From: Mesotaenium endlicherianum
Taxonomy: Eukaryota
DNA: 64,000 bases
Reading direction: 5' to 3'
Assembly: GCA_009602735.1 (NCBI GenBank)
Contig: WELA01002856.1
Span: 124,001-188,000, forward strand
Shown: one piece after another, positions 60,853 to 64,000 of the stretch
How the letters are laid out: every line of letters starts with the position of its first letter
How positions within the stretch are numbered: the stretch's first letter is position 1
Notes under the pieces: generated by a model
What the model was told of the DNA's origin: nothing
Databases searched by the model: none
Seen by the model: the letters and a program-made list of their open reading frames with translations, nothing else
Position numbers and translations under genes: made by a program

Positions 60853-63800
60853 TCCAGTCTACTGACTGTGAGGATGCTAGAGATAGTGAGTCGTCACTAG
60901 CTGCCCTCGTAGCAGGTATTATGGGTCCTGCTGAACTGGATTCACTATGCATGCCTGACAACCAGATAAAGGAGACCATCAGCAATATAGACGTCCAGAG
61001 AGTGCACACTCTGGATGCTCTTGTTCCACCTGATGTCCAACATTTCTTTGCTACGTCAGGAGAACAATGCGAAAGTCAGGAAAAGACAGTCCCCCCTATC
61101 CTACTGCATTGCATGATTGCAGGTAGGAAGGTGAGGGCATTTGTTGACGGAGGGGCGTCACATACTTTTATCCACAAGGACTTAGTTAAGCGGCTAAGGC
61201 TGCCTACTGTCACCCAAGGGAATAGAAAAATATTCCTTGGAGATGCCTCAAGTATCCCGGGAGGAGTTATAACCAAGCCTATTGAGGTCCAGTTAGGTTC
61301 TGGCATTGCAGTTCTAACTGAAACGCTTACATTTGAGGTACTCAACACTGGCTTTTATGATCTCGTGCTAGGCAGGTCCTGGCTTAATAGACATCAAGCT
61401 GAAGTGTGTTGGAGCAGAGGTACAGTTAAAGTGAGAGGAGCCAGTGATGGGCAGACTGACTTGGCACCCACCAGTGCTCTTCCTCTTGTCCTGTGTGGAT
61501 GGCAAATGAAGGAAAAGAAGAGGCTTCCAGAAGGATGCAAGTTGCTGAATGCAATGGAGTTCGTCAAAAGCTGGAACCAGAAGGAAGACAGAATGTTCTG
61601 TCTGCTGCTAAGAGAGGTACCTCCTCAACCTGAAGAAGTGGTTGAGAAAAAGGTACACCCTCCGGAACACCCTACTGCTGCAAACATTGTTGCTCAGTAC
61701 ACGGATGTGTTTAATATGCCTCCAGGACTACCCCCTAAGCGGGAAGTAGATCATAGGATTGATTTATTACCTGGTAGCCAGCCACCCTGGCAACGCACGT
61801 ATGGCTTGTCTTATTTGGAGAGTGAGGAGTTGAAAACACAGATTGCAGAGCTGGAGGAAAATGGTTACATTTCTCCCAGTAAATCACCGTACGGCGCACC
61901 TATCCTATTTGTTAAGAAAAAGGATGGCAGTATGCGGATGTGTGTGGATTACAGAGCCCTGAACAGAATTACAGTAAAGAACAAGTATGCTTTACCCAGA
62001 ATCGAGGACTTGCTTGATACCCTGTCTGGCGCTAAGGTGTTCAGTAAGATAGATCTCAAGAGTGGTTATCATCAAATCAGAATTGCTGAGGGGGATGAAC
62101 ACAAGACTGCTTTCCGCACACGTTATGGACACTATGAGTTCAACGTGATGCCATTTGGACTGACTAATGCTCCTGCTACCTTCATGGGAGCTATGAATGA
62201 CATTTTCAGACCTTATTTGGATAAGTTTGTGCAAGTTTTCCTGGATGATATTTTAATTTTCTCTAAAGATGAAGCTCAGCACACTGAACACTTATAAACA
62301 GTCCTAGACACTCTACGGAAAAATCACTTATATGCTAAAATGAGCAAGTGTGATTTCTTTAAGGAAAGTATTGAATTCTTAGGCCACGTTGTCAGTAAAG
62401 AGGGCATCAGGGTAGATCCTAAGAAAGTCCAGACCATAAGGGACTGGCCAGTACCACAGTCGGTCTCTGAAGTTAGATCCTTCCTCGGGTTGGCTAACTA
62501 CTATAGGAGATTTATTGAGAATTATTCCACAAAGGCCAGTAAACTGACTGACCTTACTAAGAAAGACATCGGGTATGTGTGGGGGGAAGAGCAGCAGGCT
62601 GCCTTCCAGACCCTTAAAGATGCCCTTTGTTCTGCCCCAGTGCTAGCCGTGTATGACCCCAGCAAACCGGTGCAGGTGGTTACTGATGCCTCTGATTTTG
62701 CCATGGGTGCTATTTTGTTGCAGCCTGCTGACAAAACCACAAAGGATGGTAAGGTACGGCAGGAGTGGCATCCTGTGTTGTATGAGTCTATGAAATTTAA
62801 TCCAGCGGAGATTAATTACTCAGTGCATGATAAAGAGCTGCTAGCTATCATTCATGTACTCAAACAGTGGAGAGCATACTTACATGGTAAAGCTTTTAAG
62901 GTGATTACAGATCATCTAGCTCTGACCCACTTTCAGAAGAAGTCCAAGCTGTCGAGGAGGGAGAACCGCTGGAGCCAGATGCTGGAGCAGTTCCAAGTCC
63001 AGATCGACTACAAACCAGGGAAGTTGAATCCTGCTGATGCACTCTCTAGAAGACCTGACTTGCAAGAAAGGAACTTTAGTCAGCATGCTGTAGATAAAGT
63101 CCTGTGTGCACTCACTTCACTAAAGGTGAAAAAGTCCTTCCTTGAACAACTTAGGAAAGCCTACCTTTCTGACCCAACATTTGAGCCCAGCCCCACTACT
63201 GGTATGTGTCGTGCTACCGCACTCGGGTATAAGCTCAAGGGAGGGGTCTGGGTGACTGAAACCACTTCAGGCAGGCTGAAGCTGGTCATTCCTAATAATT
63301 TGGAAATAAGGTCTCTCTTACTGAGTCAAGCTCATGACAGTCTCCTGGGTGGACATTTGGGGCAGGCCAAAACTGTTGGCAAACTGGCAAAACATTATCA
63401 TTGGGAGGGGTTACCCCGGGAGGTCTTGAAATATGTCAAGTCCTGTGACCAGTGTCAGAGAAATAAGTCTCGGCACACACCACCCGGAGGTCTCTTGCAA
63501 CCGCTACCCATCCCAGCGGGACGCTGGGAAACTATATCCATGGACTGGGTGGTCTCACTACCAAGAACTGCCAACGGGCATGATTCAATACTGGTAGTCG
63601 TGGATAAACTGACAAAAATGGTCATTTTTATCCCCACAACTGTCAAAGTGACTGCACTCGAAACAGCGAGACAGTTTTACAACCATGTAGTATGCCAACA
63701 TGGGCTCCCTTCTAATATCATCTCAGACAGAGACTCAAAATTCACCTCTAAGTTCTGGAGAGCTTTAATGGGGTTAATGGGAGTCAAACAGCTGCTCAGC

Positions 63801-64000
63801 ACAGCAAACCACCCTCAGACTGATGGGCAGACTGAAAGAACTAACCGAGTTCTGCAGGAGGTGCTGAGAGCATATATTAACCAAAAACAAGATAATTGGG
63901 ATGACCTGTTGCCTCAAATTCAGTTTGCGGTCAACAGTGCGGTGCACGCGTCAACGGGCAAAACTCCTTTTGAACTCAGCCTGGGTAGAGTCCCTAAGTC
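60828..64000 (+). pseudogene. pol: Pol, family B, -1 frame; in-frame TAA at 62295-62297
   Basis: PR-RT to 62297. The same frame continues through RH and IN to the window end. Confidence 0.88.

Larger units (their letters stand above)
58620..64000 (+). mobile_element. Family B chromovirus, young copy running off the window (5' LTR 58620-59339)
   Basis: LTR, PBS 59341, intact gag, pol with one visible stop. Confidence 0.95.

Overview
Eukaryotic, gene-free, heterochromatin-like DNA, probably from a green-plant-lineage genome (TTTAGGG repeats, initiator-Met-type primer-binding sites, DUF659-type hAT). It is almost entirely nested transposons. I resolve five Ty3/gypsy LTR families (my labels A-E). 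A, B and C are chromodomain-bearing with gag/pol in a -1 frameshift arrangement. D has an integrase ending in a PHD finger. E is seen only as LTR/PBS/PPT plus non-coding DNA. One family C element has intact gag and pol. A hAT transposase gene is split by three LTR elements. A complete piggyBac (TTAA duplication, 12-bp TIRs, ~781-aa ORF) sits in the gag-pol frameshift site of a family B element. Most notable: (i) the intact piggyBac, with an unusual N-terminal extension, in a plant-type genome; (ii) an unknown ~510-555-aa extra ORF with a predicted 5' intron, between two PPT modules in family B; (iii) the PHD-finger integrase; (iv) a variant PBS (TGGTATCGGAGC) at all six sites in four families; (v) repeated target sites for family B. 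No host genes or RNA genes were recognised. All coordinates were read by eye and no database searches were run.
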